46,846 bases of DNA from an uncultured Verrucomicrobiota bacterium (GTDB lineage: Bacteria; Verrucomicrobiota; Kiritimatiellia; CAZCOO01): the NCBI GenBank assembly GCA_964500395.1, contig CAZCOO010000002.1:1-46846 (forward strand). The letters run 5' to 3'. Position numbers and translations under genes: made by a program. Shown one piece after another: positions 1 to 9,534 of this stretch. The stretch's first letter is position 1; each line of letters opens with the position of its first letter. The notes under the pieces were generated by a model. That model was not told the DNA's origin. It saw only the letters and a program-made list of their open reading frames with translations, and did not search any database.

Positions 1-69
1 GCCGAAGACAATGCAGAGCAGGGAGGCCCCCACATGCTGCCAGGCGATATCGGTAAAGAGGTCATTCAT
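1..69 (-). CDS. 5' end of an unidentified CDS running off the left edge (N-terminus MNDLFTDIAWQHVGASLLCIVFG...)
   Basis: ATG at 69-67 overlaps the ybeY stop (TGA, 68-66) in an ATGA coupling arrangement, and the frame stays open to the window edge. The N-terminus is hydrophobic. A DUF21/CBS (CorC/HlyC-type) or dgkA gene often follows ybeY, but 23 residues cannot discriminate. Confidence 0.35.
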   Translation of the reverse strand, partial: MNDLFTDIAWQHVGASLLCIVFG

Positions 70-554
70 GGTTTGTCATGGGGAGGGGGTGGGTAGAGGG
101 CGCCGCGGTGCAGGAGGCCGGCCTCCTCGGCGGCCGAGATCCAGGCGGATTCGGCGGCGAGCATGTCCGCCCGCCGTTCCGGCGTATCATCCTCGGCGCC
201 GGTGAGGTGGTGGAGGCCGTGGGCCATGTAGAGGGCGAGTTCGTGATCGGGGCGGTCGGGCCGGCGGGCGAGGGCACACTGCGCATTGACGAGGACGTCG
301 CCGCCGGCTGTGCCCGCGGCCTCTCCGGGGATGGCATCGTAGCGGTAGGCGATGACATCGGTCGGGTAGTCCCGGCCGAAGGCGGTGCGGTTGGCCTCCG
401 CCATGTCGGAATCATCCAGAAAGGAAAAGGTGACATCGCTCCACTCTGCGGGATCAGGATTCAGAATGTGTGTCGCCAGCCACTGCGCGAGGGTTTCGAG
501 CGGTTTCCTTCGCAGCGGAATCGCGGTTTGGCTCATCAGAAGAGTCAGATTCAT
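66..554 (-). CDS. ybeY: endoribonuclease YbeY (rRNA maturation factor)
   Basis: The motif region AHGLHHLTGAEDD aligns with the YbeY HGxLHLxGxDH zinc signature, with the third His apparently Asp. The gene sits in the conserved position downstream of phoH and the 7TM-HD gene. The start is 554 or 536; either overlaps the upstream gene's 3' end by more than 80 nt. Confidence 0.85.
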   Translation of the reverse strand: MNLTLLMSQTAIPLRRKPLETLAQWLATHILNPDPAEWSDVTFSFLDDSDMAEANRTAFGRDYPTDVIAYRYDAIPGEAAGTAGGDVLVNAQCALARRPDRPDHELALYMAHGLHHLTGAEDDTPERRADMLAAESAWISAAEEAGLLHRGALYPPPPHDKP

Positions 555-2844
555 TGTCGGGGTAGGGGACGCGGCCGTGCAGCATATTGGTCAAGGTAAA
601 GATCAGGGATGCCTTGATGCGGGACAATTGATTGAAGGTCAACCCGCAATTGTCGAGCTGGCCGTCTTTGAGTTTGGCCTCGGCCATCTTTTCCACGAGG
701 TTCTGGATCCGGCTGGGGGTGGGTTTCTCCATGGAGCGGGAGGCCGCCTCCACGGAATCGGCCAGGAGGAGGACCGCCATCTCGGGGGTGGTGGGCTTTG
801 GTCCGGGGTAGCGAAAGTCCTGGGGATCGGGCATTTGCGCCCCCGCTTCTTTCTTTTTCTCGGCGTCCCCGTTGGTTTTGGCTTCGGTCTGCTGGATGGC
901 CCGGTGATAGAAATAGGACACCGTACTGGTTCCGTGGTGTTCGCGGATGCCCTGGATGATGGGGGGCGGCAGCTTGTGGCGGCGGGCCAGCGTGATGCCC
1001 TCCTTGACGTGGGAAATGATGATCAGGGTGCTCATGCTGGGGGAGAGTTCGTCGTGGGGATTGCGCTGGTACTGGGTGTTTTCGATAAAGCACTCGGGCT
1101 TGGTGAGCTTGCCGATATCGTGGAAATAAGCGCAGACCCGCACGAGGAGGGCGTTGGCGCCGATTTCCTGGCAGGCGGACTGGGCGAGGTTGGCGACCAT
1201 GAGGCTGTGGTGGTAGGTCCCCGGGGCCTCGATGGCCATGCGCTGCAGCAGGGGGTGGCCCATATCGGACAGTTCCAGCAGGCGGATGTCGGTGGTGATG
1301 CCGAAGAGGTACTCGAAGGGCGGCAGGAGGAGGAGGGTGAGCAGGGCGGCGGCAATCCCGCTGGCGAGGGCGGCGGTGGCCTGCCCGAGGAGGACCGAGA
1401 CGGGGTGCTGGTTGTAGAGCGCCATACACACCACGAACAGCGTCATGGTGAGACCGGCCCAGAGACCGGCCCGGAAAACGCGCGAACGCCGGGCCACATC
1501 CCGGGTGGCCAGGACGGCGGCCATGGTCACGGCGAGGCCCATGATGAAGACCAGAAAGCTGGTGCCCAGCAGCAGGGACGAGGCCAGGCTGCTCCAGAAC
1601 CCGACCACCACGGCCGCGGGCCCGCCGATGAGAATGGTGGCCAGCATGGGGCTCAGGGCGAGGGGGACGAGATACTCCACGACCGAGGGGTCCACGATGC
1701 GGGTGGTGTTGGAGGCGACCAGGAGCCCTTTGGCGGCCAGGATGGTGACCAGGGAGATCAGTGCCATGAGCAGGATGGAGGATTTGGAGCGGAGCCGGTG
1801 CGGGGCGAGCACGTGGAGCATGCCGCCAAAGCTGATGAGCATGAGGAGCAGGAGGCCGGCATTGCCGGAGGTGCGCAGGGCGCGGTCGTAGGGGGAGATG
1901 AGCGAGCTGAGCTTGCGGTTGTGTTCGCGGAGCTGCTCCAGGATCTGCGGGGTGATCCGTTCCCCGGCCTCCACCAGGGTGCTCCCCGCGCGCACCTTGA
2001 TTTCCACGGGATCGACCGCGCTCCGGGCCTGCTCGCGGAGCGCTTCGGTCTGCTCGTTCTGGTACACGAGGTTGGGGGTGACGTAGGGGGCCAGCAGCAG
2101 GCGCAGCCCGTCTTCGGCGGGGAGGCCGGCGGGCGGGCGGCGGCGGACCTCGCGCACGACCCGGTCCAGGGCCTGGTCGGGCATGAGCAGCTCTTCGATC
2201 GGGGTGCGCACCAGGTCGCCGGTGGCGGGGTCTTTCAACCAGATCCCGCGGTAGAGGGCGACATCCTGGAAGGAGGTGGCCTTTTCGGTGCGGGAGAGGA
2301 TGCCCTGGTTCCACACCTGCTGCAGCGCGCCGGTGACCGCGGCCAGCACCTGGGTCTCGGTCCCCTCGGGTATGAGGCGGAGGAGATCCCGGGGCGCGAG
2401 CGGCTGGTCCTCGGCGGCGGCGGTGGGAAGCTGTTCGTCGAGGCCGTCGGCGGCGGGATCGGAATTGGTGGAGGACCGGTAGGCCGACAGTTCGCTGAAG
2501 AGGCGGCGGACGGACCGCAGGGCGGGCCCGTTGTGGTCGTCGAGGGCGAATACGGGGAGGACGCTGTTGGCAGCCTGCTGCATGTTCAACTCGGTGCGGG
2601 CGACGTCTTCGCACTGGAAATCGACCTCGGCGATGACGGTTTCCGGGGCGCGCTGCCCGACGGCCAGGTTGGTGAGCTTGATCTCCCCGCCCCCGTAGAG
2701 CAGCAGCACGACGATGGCCCACAGCCCGGCGGCTATGAAGTAGACGGGCAGCGGGATGCGGACGCGGGGCCGGTTGAGGGCCGGTCCGCTGCGGGAGAGC
2801 GCCTTGGAGCGCCGGGTTCGGGATTTTGAAATCGTGGCGGTCAT
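454..2844 (-). CDS. pgpH: 7TM receptor with intracellular HD/HDIG hydrolase domain (PgpH/YqfF-like phosphodiesterase)
   Basis: A long polytopic membrane region is followed by HD-domain motifs (YFHDIGKLTKPECFIENT, REHHGTSTVSYFYH). I set the start to ATG 2844 (MTATISK...), 4 nt after the phoH stop. The ORF-track start at 2991 would overlap phoH. Confidence 0.85.
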   Translation of the reverse strand: MTATISKSRTRRSKALSRSGPALNRPRVRIPLPVYFIAAGLWAIVVLLLYGGGEIKLTNLAVGQRAPETVIAEVDFQCEDVARTELNMQQAANSVLPVFALDDHNGPALRSVRRLFSELSAYRSSTNSDPAADGLDEQLPTAAAEDQPLAPRDLLRLIPEGTETQVLAAVTGALQQVWNQGILSRTEKATSFQDVALYRGIWLKDPATGDLVRTPIEELLMPDQALDRVVREVRRRPPAGLPAEDGLRLLLAPYVTPNLVYQNEQTEALREQARSAVDPVEIKVRAGSTLVEAGERITPQILEQLREHNRKLSSLISPYDRALRTSGNAGLLLLMLISFGGMLHVLAPHRLRSKSSILLMALISLVTILAAKGLLVASNTTRIVDPSVVEYLVPLALSPMLATILIGGPAAVVVGFWSSLASSLLLGTSFLVFIMGLAVTMAAVLATRDVARRSRVFRAGLWAGLTMTLFVVCMALYNQHPVSVLLGQATAALASGIAAALLTLLLLPPFEYLFGITTDIRLLELSDMGHPLLQRMAIEAPGTYHHSLMVANLAQSACQEIGANALLVRVCAYFHDIGKLTKPECFIENTQYQRNPHDELSPSMSTLIIISHVKEGITLARRHKLPPPIIQGIREHHGTSTVSYFYHRAIQQTEAKTNGDAEKKKEAGAQMPDPQDFRYPGPKPTTPEMAVLLLADSVEAASRSMEKPTPSRIQNLVEKMAEAKLKDGQLDNCGLTFNQLSRIKASLIFTLTNMLHGRVPYPDNESDSSDEPNRDSAAKETARNPRAVAGDTHSES

Positions 2845-2848
2845 GCGG

Positions 2849-3859
2849 TTACACGTCCGGTTCCGGGGGGGAGGAGGGGGCCGCGGAGGGCGCAGGGGGT
2901 TCGGCGGGATCGGACCGCCCGACGCGGTAGGCGCGAATAATCTTTTGCACGAGTTCGTGCCGCACGACATCGGCCTCGCCGAATTCCACAATGTTGATGT
3001 CCCGAATGCCCGTGAGCAGGCTGCGGGCTTCCTTCAGGCCGGACTGCCTGGAGGCCGGCAGGTCGATCTGGGACAGGTCGCCGGTCACCACGCACTTGGA
3101 ATCGAATCCGAGGCGGGTCAGAAACATCAGCATCTGCTCGCCGGTGGTATTCTGCGCCTCGTCGAGAATGACAAAGGCGTGGTTCAGGGTGCGGCCGCGC
3201 ATGTAGGCGAGGGGGGCCACTTCGATCACGCCCCGCTCGGTGTGCTTTTCGATGAGTTCGGCCGGCATCATGTCGTGGAGGGCATCGTAGAGCGGCTTGA
3301 GGTAGGGCATGATCTTCTGATGCATGTCCCCGGGCAGAAAGCCCAGGGCCTCGCCCGCCTCGATGGCCGGACGGGTGAGGATCACGCGGCTGACCTCGCC
3401 GGCCACCAGGGCGGAAATGGCCATGGCCATGGCCAGGTACGTCTTGCCGGTTCCCGCCGGCCCCAGCCCGAAGACCAGGTCCCGGTCCCGGATGGATTGG
3501 ATGTAGTGTTGCTGTCCGAGCGTGCGCGGGAGGATCACCGGTTTTTCCGGGCTGACCTGGATGCGGCAGGAATACATCCGGTGGAGGTCTTCCATGCGGC
3601 CTTCGCCCATCACCCGGAGGGTGTAGAGGATCCCGTGGCGGTCCAGGGTCGCCCCCTTGTGCCGGACGCGGCGGAGGAACTCAAAGAATGTGCGGGCGCG
3701 CAGGACCGCATCGTCTTCGCCCTCGACCTGCAGCCAGGTGTCCCGGGCGACGAGCCGCACGCCCAGGTCTTCTTCCATCCGGGGAAGAAGCCGGTGGTGG
3801 AGTCCGGTGAGTTCCTGCGCCTCGCGCAAATTATCAAAGTGAATGGTATAAACGGCCAT
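2849..3859 (-). CDS. phoH: PhoH-family ATPase (YbeZ-like)
   Basis: Walker A GPAGTGKTYLAMA, plus LTRPAIEAGEALGFLPGD and ILDEAQN motifs. Start taken at ATG 3859 (MAVYTIHF...). It is the first gene of the phoH-pgpH-ybeY operon. Confidence 0.9.
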   Translation of the reverse strand: MAVYTIHFDNLREAQELTGLHHRLLPRMEEDLGVRLVARDTWLQVEGEDDAVLRARTFFEFLRRVRHKGATLDRHGILYTLRVMGEGRMEDLHRMYSCRIQVSPEKPVILPRTLGQQHYIQSIRDRDLVFGLGPAGTGKTYLAMAMAISALVAGEVSRVILTRPAIEAGEALGFLPGDMHQKIMPYLKPLYDALHDMMPAELIEKHTERGVIEVAPLAYMRGRTLNHAFVILDEAQNTTGEQMLMFLTRLGFDSKCVVTGDLSQIDLPASRQSGLKEARSLLTGIRDINIVEFGEADVVRHELVQKIIRAYRVGRSDPAEPPAPSAAPSSPPEPDV

Positions 3860-4046
3860 ACGCGTGTGCCGGCAAAAGGGGGTGCGCTTCGTCAAGCCCG
3901 GACAGGCCGGACGAACGAGGCGCCGGCACAGCCGCCTGCGGGGCATCCGGCTTGCGGGCGCCCCGGGTTCCGAATTAGGATGGATGCGAAATTCGAAGCT
4001 GAAGCATGCATATCAAAAGTATCCCGCATCGGGGTGCGGAGCGTCA

Positions 4047-4937
4047 ATGGCTGAATCGACTGGAAAATCCGGCGGCCGGTGGGGGCTGCGGCTCGGGGGC
4101 CGGGCCGCGGTCCTCCTGTGCATCGCCTCTATCGGCGGCGCCCGGGCGGGAGGGTATGAGTTCCGGCCCCGCTTTGACTGGCCGGACGCGGGGGCGGACA
4201 TCGTCGCCGGGACCCCCGCGGGCACGCAGTGGGTGCATGCGGAGGGGGACCACGCCTTCGTGCATGCGCAGAGCGCGGCCGGGGTGGATGCGCTCGTGCC
4301 GCGGCTCGATTTCGCCATTCGGGAGTGTTCCCGCCGGTTGGGGCTTTCGCCGCCGGCCGCCGGTGTCCACGCGATCCTGGTCGAGGAGGGGGCGCCGTGG
4401 CGGCGCCTGCTGGACCATTTGGAGGCCCGCCCCGACGCCCGGGCCATGACGGTGCGCGGATGGATCGTCCTGCGCCACCCGGCGGGAGACACCCATGCGG
4501 ACTGGGCCCCCGTATTTTACGAGGCGCCCCACGCCCTCTTCTACGCCCTGCGGGGGGAGTCGCCTCCGCTGTGGCTGGATGAGGGCCTCTCCGAGCTGTA
4601 TGGCTGGCGCCTGGCCCGCGCCTTTGCCGACCGGGACGGGCGGCACCTGACCCGGAAGCGACCCGGCATCGATCCCGCGGTGCGGTGGCCGCTGGAGGAC
4701 TTGACCCGATGCCGATCGCTGCCGGAGGAGCCGGCGCGAACCCGGGCCTTTTACCGGCAGGCCGGTGATCTGGTGCAAATCCTGGAGGAGGAAATCGGGC
4801 CCGAGGGGGTGGGACAAATGGCCCTTGAGGGAAAGCGGGGAAACGGCTGGCGCAAATTCTTGCGCCGACACTTCGGATGGCGTTCAATGGACTTCCGCAA
4901 TGTGAAATCCGACTACCTCCGAATGGCCGACCGATGA
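4047..4937 (+). CDS. secreted hypothetical protein with degenerate peptidase-MA-like motif
   Basis: GGAG lies 5 nt upstream of ATG 4047. There is a signal-peptide-like N-terminus (RAAVLLCIASIGGARA). YEAPH...LWLDEGLSELYG resembles HExxH...EGxAxY of MA-clan/DUF1570-type proteins, with the first His replaced by Tyr. GC3-rich frame. Confidence 0.5.
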   Translation: MAESTGKSGGRWGLRLGGRAAVLLCIASIGGARAGGYEFRPRFDWPDAGADIVAGTPAGTQWVHAEGDHAFVHAQSAAGVDALVPRLDFAIRECSRRLGLSPPAAGVHAILVEEGAPWRRLLDHLEARPDARAMTVRGWIVLRHPAGDTHADWAPVFYEAPHALFYALRGESPPLWLDEGLSELYGWRLARAFADRDGRHLTRKRPGIDPAVRWPLEDLTRCRSLPEEPARTRAFYRQAGDLVQILEEEIGPEGVGQMALEGKRGNGWRKFLRRHFGWRSMDFRNVKSDYLRMADR

Positions 4938-6073
4938 CGACGCAAACAAGTACGGTGCCGGACGCGCCGGTGATCCTGGTGCACGGCAATGATGAATACC
5001 TGGTGTCCTCCAATGCAAAGCGCATTGTCGAGGCCGCCTGCCCGCCCGACCGGCAGGCCCTGGGGCTGGAAATCCTGGAGGCCGAAGGCGACGATGACGA
5101 GGACGTTGCCCGGGTGATCTCCGCGGCCGCGGAGGCGCTGCAGACCGTGGGGCTTTTCGGCGGGGAGAAGTGCGTATGGCTCCGCGATCTCAACCTGTCG
5201 GCGGAGAGCATCAAGCGGACCCGCACGAAGGCGGCCCTGGACCATCTGACCGGGATCGTGAAGGCGGGGCTGCCGGCGGAGGTGAAGCTGGTGGTGAGCA
5301 GCGCCCGGGCCGATGCGCGCAGCGGGTTTGTCAAAGCCGTGAAAAAGGGCGGCGCCGTGGAGGAGTTCAGCGCCCCGGACAAGCCCTGGCAACAGGGGCC
5401 CCACGCCGAAGAGGTGGTGCGGCGGGTGATCCGGCAGCGCGGACTCGAGGTGGAACCGGGCCTGGAACCGGCCCTGGTGGCCCGGGTCGGGACAGAGACC
5501 CGCCTGCTGCACAACGAAATCGAAAAGCTGGCCCTCTACGCCGGCGACCGGCCCATCACCCACGCGGATATGGAGGCGGTGACGGTGCCCACGCGCGAGG
5601 CCATCGGATTTGAATGGACGGATGCCATCGGGAAGCGGGACCTGCCCGGCAGCCTGGCCCTGCTGCGCCGGCTGGAGGACCAGGGGGAGCCCCCGCAACG
5701 GCTCCTGATGATGATGGAGCGAACCGTCAGTCAACTCCTGATCCTGCGCGAGTGCCAGGCGCGGCAATGGCTGCGCATCACCGGCGGGGGGCGCCGCGAG
5801 GAACTCCAATGGAACCTGCCGCCGGAGGGCGAACAGCTCTTTGAGAATCTGGATTCCCGGCTCGACCCGCGATCCCTGCACCCGTACCGGGCGCTGCTCC
5901 TGGCCAAAAAGGCGGCCTCCTTCGGGGTGCGGGAGCTGGCGCACATGCAGACGAGGCTGCTGGAAACGCACGAGATGGTGCATTCCAGCCCCATGGACCC
6001 CTTCAGCCTGCTGGAAATCCTGCTGATTGAATTGTTGAGCGGGGCCCGGAACCGGAAAGCCCCCGCCCGATGA
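4934..6073 (+). CDS. holA: DNA polymerase III subunit delta
   Basis: VILVHGNDEYLV N-terminus, LFGGEKCVWLRD and LHNEIEKLALYAG motifs are typical of HolA. ATG 4934 overlaps the upstream stop (ATGA). Confidence 0.75.
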   Translation: MTTQTSTVPDAPVILVHGNDEYLVSSNAKRIVEAACPPDRQALGLEILEAEGDDDEDVARVISAAAEALQTVGLFGGEKCVWLRDLNLSAESIKRTRTKAALDHLTGIVKAGLPAEVKLVVSSARADARSGFVKAVKKGGAVEEFSAPDKPWQQGPHAEEVVRRVIRQRGLEVEPGLEPALVARVGTETRLLHNEIEKLALYAGDRPITHADMEAVTVPTREAIGFEWTDAIGKRDLPGSLALLRRLEDQGEPPQRLLMMMERTVSQLLILRECQARQWLRITGGGRREELQWNLPPEGEQLFENLDSRLDPRSLHPYRALLLAKKAASFGVRELAHMQTRLLETHEMVHSSPMDPFSLLEILLIELLSGARNRKAPAR

Positions 6074-6903
6074 TGCGAGCGGTGTGCATCGTGCTGGTGA
6101 CGGCGGGGCTCCTCGGGCCGACGGCCGGCCGGGCGGGCGCGGAACCGGCAGCGGACGCGGCGGGGGTGGAGGCCCCTCCCGGCGTGGATCTGTGGTTCCC
6201 GGTCGGGGAGACCATCCGATACCGCATTCACTGGGGCTTTATTCCCGTCGGGACCTCGGAGGCCACAACCCAATGGGTGGAACACGAGGGCCGGACCCTC
6301 CTGGCGATCCGGTTCCGCACCTGGAATCATCCCGTCATCGCGACGTTTTATCCGGTGGACGACTTCCTCGAGAGCCTGATCGACCCGGAGACCTTCCTCC
6401 CCGTGCAGTTTACCAAGCACTTGCAGGAGGGCTCCTACCACTGCCACGAAGTGACGACCTTTGACCGCGAGGAGGGCATGGCCCGGTGGGTCTCGAAACT
6501 GAGCGGAGAAGAGCGGACCTACGAGATCGAGCCGGACACCCGGGATCTGATCAGTTTTATGTACAATATGCGGCGCAAGCGGCTCGAGCCGGGCACGAAA
6601 AAAGATTTTCAGGTTATGGCGGACGAAAAAATTTATGATTTACACGTCCGGGCTGCGGACATAGAGAAGATCAAGCTTCCCCACTACGGAAAGGTCCGCA
6701 GTCTTCGCATTGAGCCGCAAGCGGCCTTTGAGGGCCTGTTTGTGAGGAAGGGAAAGATGACCCTCTGGGTCTCCCGGGATGAGCGCCGCCTGCTGACCAA
6801 GGTGTCCGCCAAGATCCCCGTGGCCAGTATCCACCTGAAGCTGGAGTCCGTGCGGGGTCCGGGGGACGATCGATGGATCCGGGAGGCGCCGGAGGAGGAG
6901 TGA
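6070..6903 (+). CDS. DUF3108-like secreted protein
   Basis: Signal peptide present. RYRIHWGFIPVGTSEATTQW and DTRDLISFMYNMR resemble DUF3108 family motifs. ATGA overlap with the holA stop. Confidence 0.6.
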   Translation: MMRAVCIVLVTAGLLGPTAGRAGAEPAADAAGVEAPPGVDLWFPVGETIRYRIHWGFIPVGTSEATTQWVEHEGRTLLAIRFRTWNHPVIATFYPVDDFLESLIDPETFLPVQFTKHLQEGSYHCHEVTTFDREEGMARWVSKLSGEERTYEIEPDTRDLISFMYNMRRKRLEPGTKKDFQVMADEKIYDLHVRAADIEKIKLPHYGKVRSLRIEPQAAFEGLFVRKGKMTLWVSRDERRLLTKVSAKIPVASIHLKLESVRGPGDDRWIREAPEEE

Positions 6904-6916
6904 GAGACACGACACC

Positions 6917-7918
6917 ATGGATTTGACGAAAGACAGAGCCCGTGCCCTGCTGGAGGCCGCCGCGGAGAAGACGGTCCTGGTGGTGGGCGATTTGATGCTC
7001 GATCGGTATATTTACGGCGGTGTGGAGCGCATTTCCCCCGAGGCGCCGGTTCCGGTGGTCCAGGTGCGGCACGAAAAGCACGTGCCCGGGGGCGCGGCCA
7101 ACGTCGCCTGGAACGTCCGCAGTCTGGGCGGCAATGCCGCCGTGGCGGGGATCCTGGGGCAGGATGAGCCCGGGGATGTGCTGAAGCGTCTCCTGGGCGC
7201 GGAGGATGTGCACCTGATGGGCATCGAGGAGACCAGCCGCCTCCACACGACGGTGAAGATGCGGATCGTGGCCGATCGACAACAGGTCGTCCGCGTCGAC
7301 TGGGACTCGCACCACGATTACAACCCGGATGTCGTGGCGCGGTTCTGCGATCGGGTGTCCGAGGCGATCGAAGAAGCGGATGCGGTGATCCTGGAGGATT
7401 ACGGCAAGGGCGTCATTCGGCCCGAGGTGATCAGCAGTGTCCTGACGGCCTCGGCCCGGGCGGGGGTCCCGGTGGGCTTCGACCCCAAGGATACGCACGA
7501 CCTTGAAATCGGGGGGCTCGCGGTGGCGTCGCCGAACCGGATGGAGGTCTTTACCGCCGCCGGATTGCCCGATCTGACCCCGGGGCGCCCCCCCCTGGAG
7601 GACGACCGGCTCCAGGAAGCGGGACGGATCCTGGCCGGCCGCTGGGGTACGGACATGCTGATGATGACGCTCGGGCCCCAGGGCATGCTGTTGCTGGAGC
7701 AGGGGCGGGACCCGGTCCATGTGCCGACCCGGGCGCGCGAGGTATTTGATGTCAGCGGGGCCGGGGATACGGTCATCGGCACCTGCATGCTGGCTATTGC
7801 GGCCGGGGCCAGCCGCCGGGAGGCCGCGGAGCTGGCCAATGTGGCGGCCGGCGTGGTGGTCGGCAAACTGGGGACGGCGGCGTGCACGGTGGAAGAACTC
7901 CTGGGGGAACTGGCATGA
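6917..7918 (+). CDS. hldA: D-glycero-beta-D-manno-heptose-7-phosphate kinase (RfaE domain I type, PfkB family)
   Basis: VLVVGDLMLDRYIYGGVERISPEAPVPVV and DVSGAGDTV motifs. No adenylyltransferase domain is fused. Confidence 0.85.
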   Translation: MDLTKDRARALLEAAAEKTVLVVGDLMLDRYIYGGVERISPEAPVPVVQVRHEKHVPGGAANVAWNVRSLGGNAAVAGILGQDEPGDVLKRLLGAEDVHLMGIEETSRLHTTVKMRIVADRQQVVRVDWDSHHDYNPDVVARFCDRVSEAIEEADAVILEDYGKGVIRPEVISSVLTASARAGVPVGFDPKDTHDLEIGGLAVASPNRMEVFTAAGLPDLTPGRPPLEDDRLQEAGRILAGRWGTDMLMMTLGPQGMLLLEQGRDPVHVPTRAREVFDVSGAGDTVIGTCMLAIAAGASRREAAELANVAAGVVVGKLGTAACTVEELLGELA

Positions 7919-8694
7919 CCCGCATGGCCGGCGTAATCCCTGCGCGGTTCGGGTCTACCCGGTTTCCCGGCAAAATGCTGGCCCCCGTGGCCGGCCGCCC
8001 CCTGCTGGACTGGGTGATCGACCGGGCCCTGGAGGTCTCCCTTTTTGACGAGGTCCTCGTGGCCACCGACGACGCCCGCATCGCGGATGCGGTCGGACAC
8101 CGGCCCGTGGAAGTGATCATGACCAAGTCGACGCATCCGTCGGGAACCGATCGGATTGCCGAGGCCATGGAGGGCCGTTCCGCGGATATTGTGGTCAACC
8201 TCCAGGGCGATGAGCCGCTGATGGACCCGCTTCTCGTGGAGAGCGTGGCCCGGGTGCTGATCGATGAAGAGGCCTGGGATATGGGCACCGCGGCGACTCC
8301 GCTCAACACCCTGGAGCAGTTGGAGAATCCATCGGCGGTGAAGGTGGTGTGCGATGCGGCGGGCGGCGCCCTGTATTTCTCGCGCCTGCCCATTCCGTTT
8401 ATCCGCGAGGCGGGGGATTCGACGCGAGCCACCGGGTTTCACATGCGGCATCTGGGGCTCTACGCCTATCGCGCGTCCTTCCTGAAAAAACTGGTGCAGA
8501 CGCCGCCGTGCATGCTGGAGGAACTGGAGAAACTGGAGCAGCTTCGGGCCCTGTACATCGGGGGGCGAATCCGCGTGGTGGAAACGGAGCACGCGCCGCT
8601 GGGGGTGGATACCCCGGCCGACGTCGCCGCCGCCGAGGCCGAACTCCGCGCCCGGGGGCTGGCGCCCCCCCTGGATCCCGGAGGTGAATCATGA
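7915..8694 (+). CDS. kdsB: 3-deoxy-manno-octulosonate cytidylyltransferase (CMP-KDO synthetase)
   Basis: GVIPARFGSTRFPGKMLAPVAGRPLLDWV and NLQGDEPL motifs. ATG 7915 overlaps the hldA stop (ATGA). Confidence 0.9.
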   Translation: MTRMAGVIPARFGSTRFPGKMLAPVAGRPLLDWVIDRALEVSLFDEVLVATDDARIADAVGHRPVEVIMTKSTHPSGTDRIAEAMEGRSADIVVNLQGDEPLMDPLLVESVARVLIDEEAWDMGTAATPLNTLEQLENPSAVKVVCDAAGGALYFSRLPIPFIREAGDSTRATGFHMRHLGLYAYRASFLKKLVQTPPCMLEELEKLEQLRALYIGGRIRVVETEHAPLGVDTPADVAAAEAELRARGLAPPLDPGGES

Positions 8695-9524
8695 GCCGAT
8701 CCATCCGAGTGGGGCCCATCCGAATCGGCGGGCGCTCGCCGCTCGTCCTCATCGCCGGGCCCTGTGTCATTGAAAGCCGGGAGCTGTGCCTGGAGACCGC
8801 CGGGAAACTGGCCCGGCTGGCCCGTGCCGAAGAGATCCCCCTGGTGTTTAAGGCCTCCTACGACAAGGCGAACCGGACCTCGGCAAAATCGTTCAGAGGG
8901 CCGGGGGTGCGCGAGGGGCTGGAAATCCTGGGGGAGGTGCGGGAGACGACCCGGCTGCCGGTGCTGACCGATGTGCACACCGTGGAGGAAGCCCGTCTCG
9001 CCGCGAATGTGGTGGATGTCCTGCAATTGCCGGCGTTCCTGTGCCGCCAGACCGACCTGGTGACCGCCCTGGGGGAGAGCGGGGCCGTCGTGAATCTCAA
9101 GAAAGGACAATTCCTGGCGCCCTGGGACATGAAACAGGTGGTGGAAAAGGTTGAAATGACGGGCAATCGCCGCATCCTGCTGACCGAGCGCGGCCATTCA
9201 TTCGGGTACAATAACCTGGTGGCGGATATGCGAAGCCTGTTGGTGATGCGGGAATTCGGCTATCCCATTGTGTTTGATGCCACCCACAGTGTTCAACTCC
9301 CCGGGGGGAGCGGGACCGAGACATCCGGAGAGGGGCGCTGGGCCCCGGCCCTGGCCCGCGCGGCCGCCGCCGTCGGGGTGGACGGGGTTTTCATGGAGAC
9401 GCACCCCCGCCCGGAGGAGGCGCTGTCCGACCGGGCCAATACAGTGCCCCTGAAGTCGATGCGCCGGATCTGGCGGACCCTCTCCGCCATCACCGGCGCC
9501 GTGGATGGACGGCGTGAAGAATAG
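8691..9524 (+). CDS. kdsA: 2-dehydro-3-deoxyphosphooctonate aldolase (KDO-8-P synthase)
   Basis: LIAGPCVIES, FKASYDKANRTS and FDATHSVQLPGG motifs. ATGA overlap with kdsB. Confidence 0.92.
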   Translation: MSRSIRVGPIRIGGRSPLVLIAGPCVIESRELCLETAGKLARLARAEEIPLVFKASYDKANRTSAKSFRGPGVREGLEILGEVRETTRLPVLTDVHTVEEARLAANVVDVLQLPAFLCRQTDLVTALGESGAVVNLKKGQFLAPWDMKQVVEKVEMTGNRRILLTERGHSFGYNNLVADMRSLLVMREFGYPIVFDATHSVQLPGGSGTETSGEGRWAPALARAAAAVGVDGVFMETHPRPEEALSDRANTVPLKSMRRIWRTLSAITGAVDGRREE

Positions 9525-9534
9525 GTTGTCGAAA

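Noticed and set aside
385-2829. 814-aa plus-strand ORF
   Set aside because: It lies entirely antisense to the well-supported 7TM-HD gene. The product is Gly/Ala/Arg/Pro-rich low complexity with no motifs. This is a typical mirror ORF of GC-rich coding DNA.
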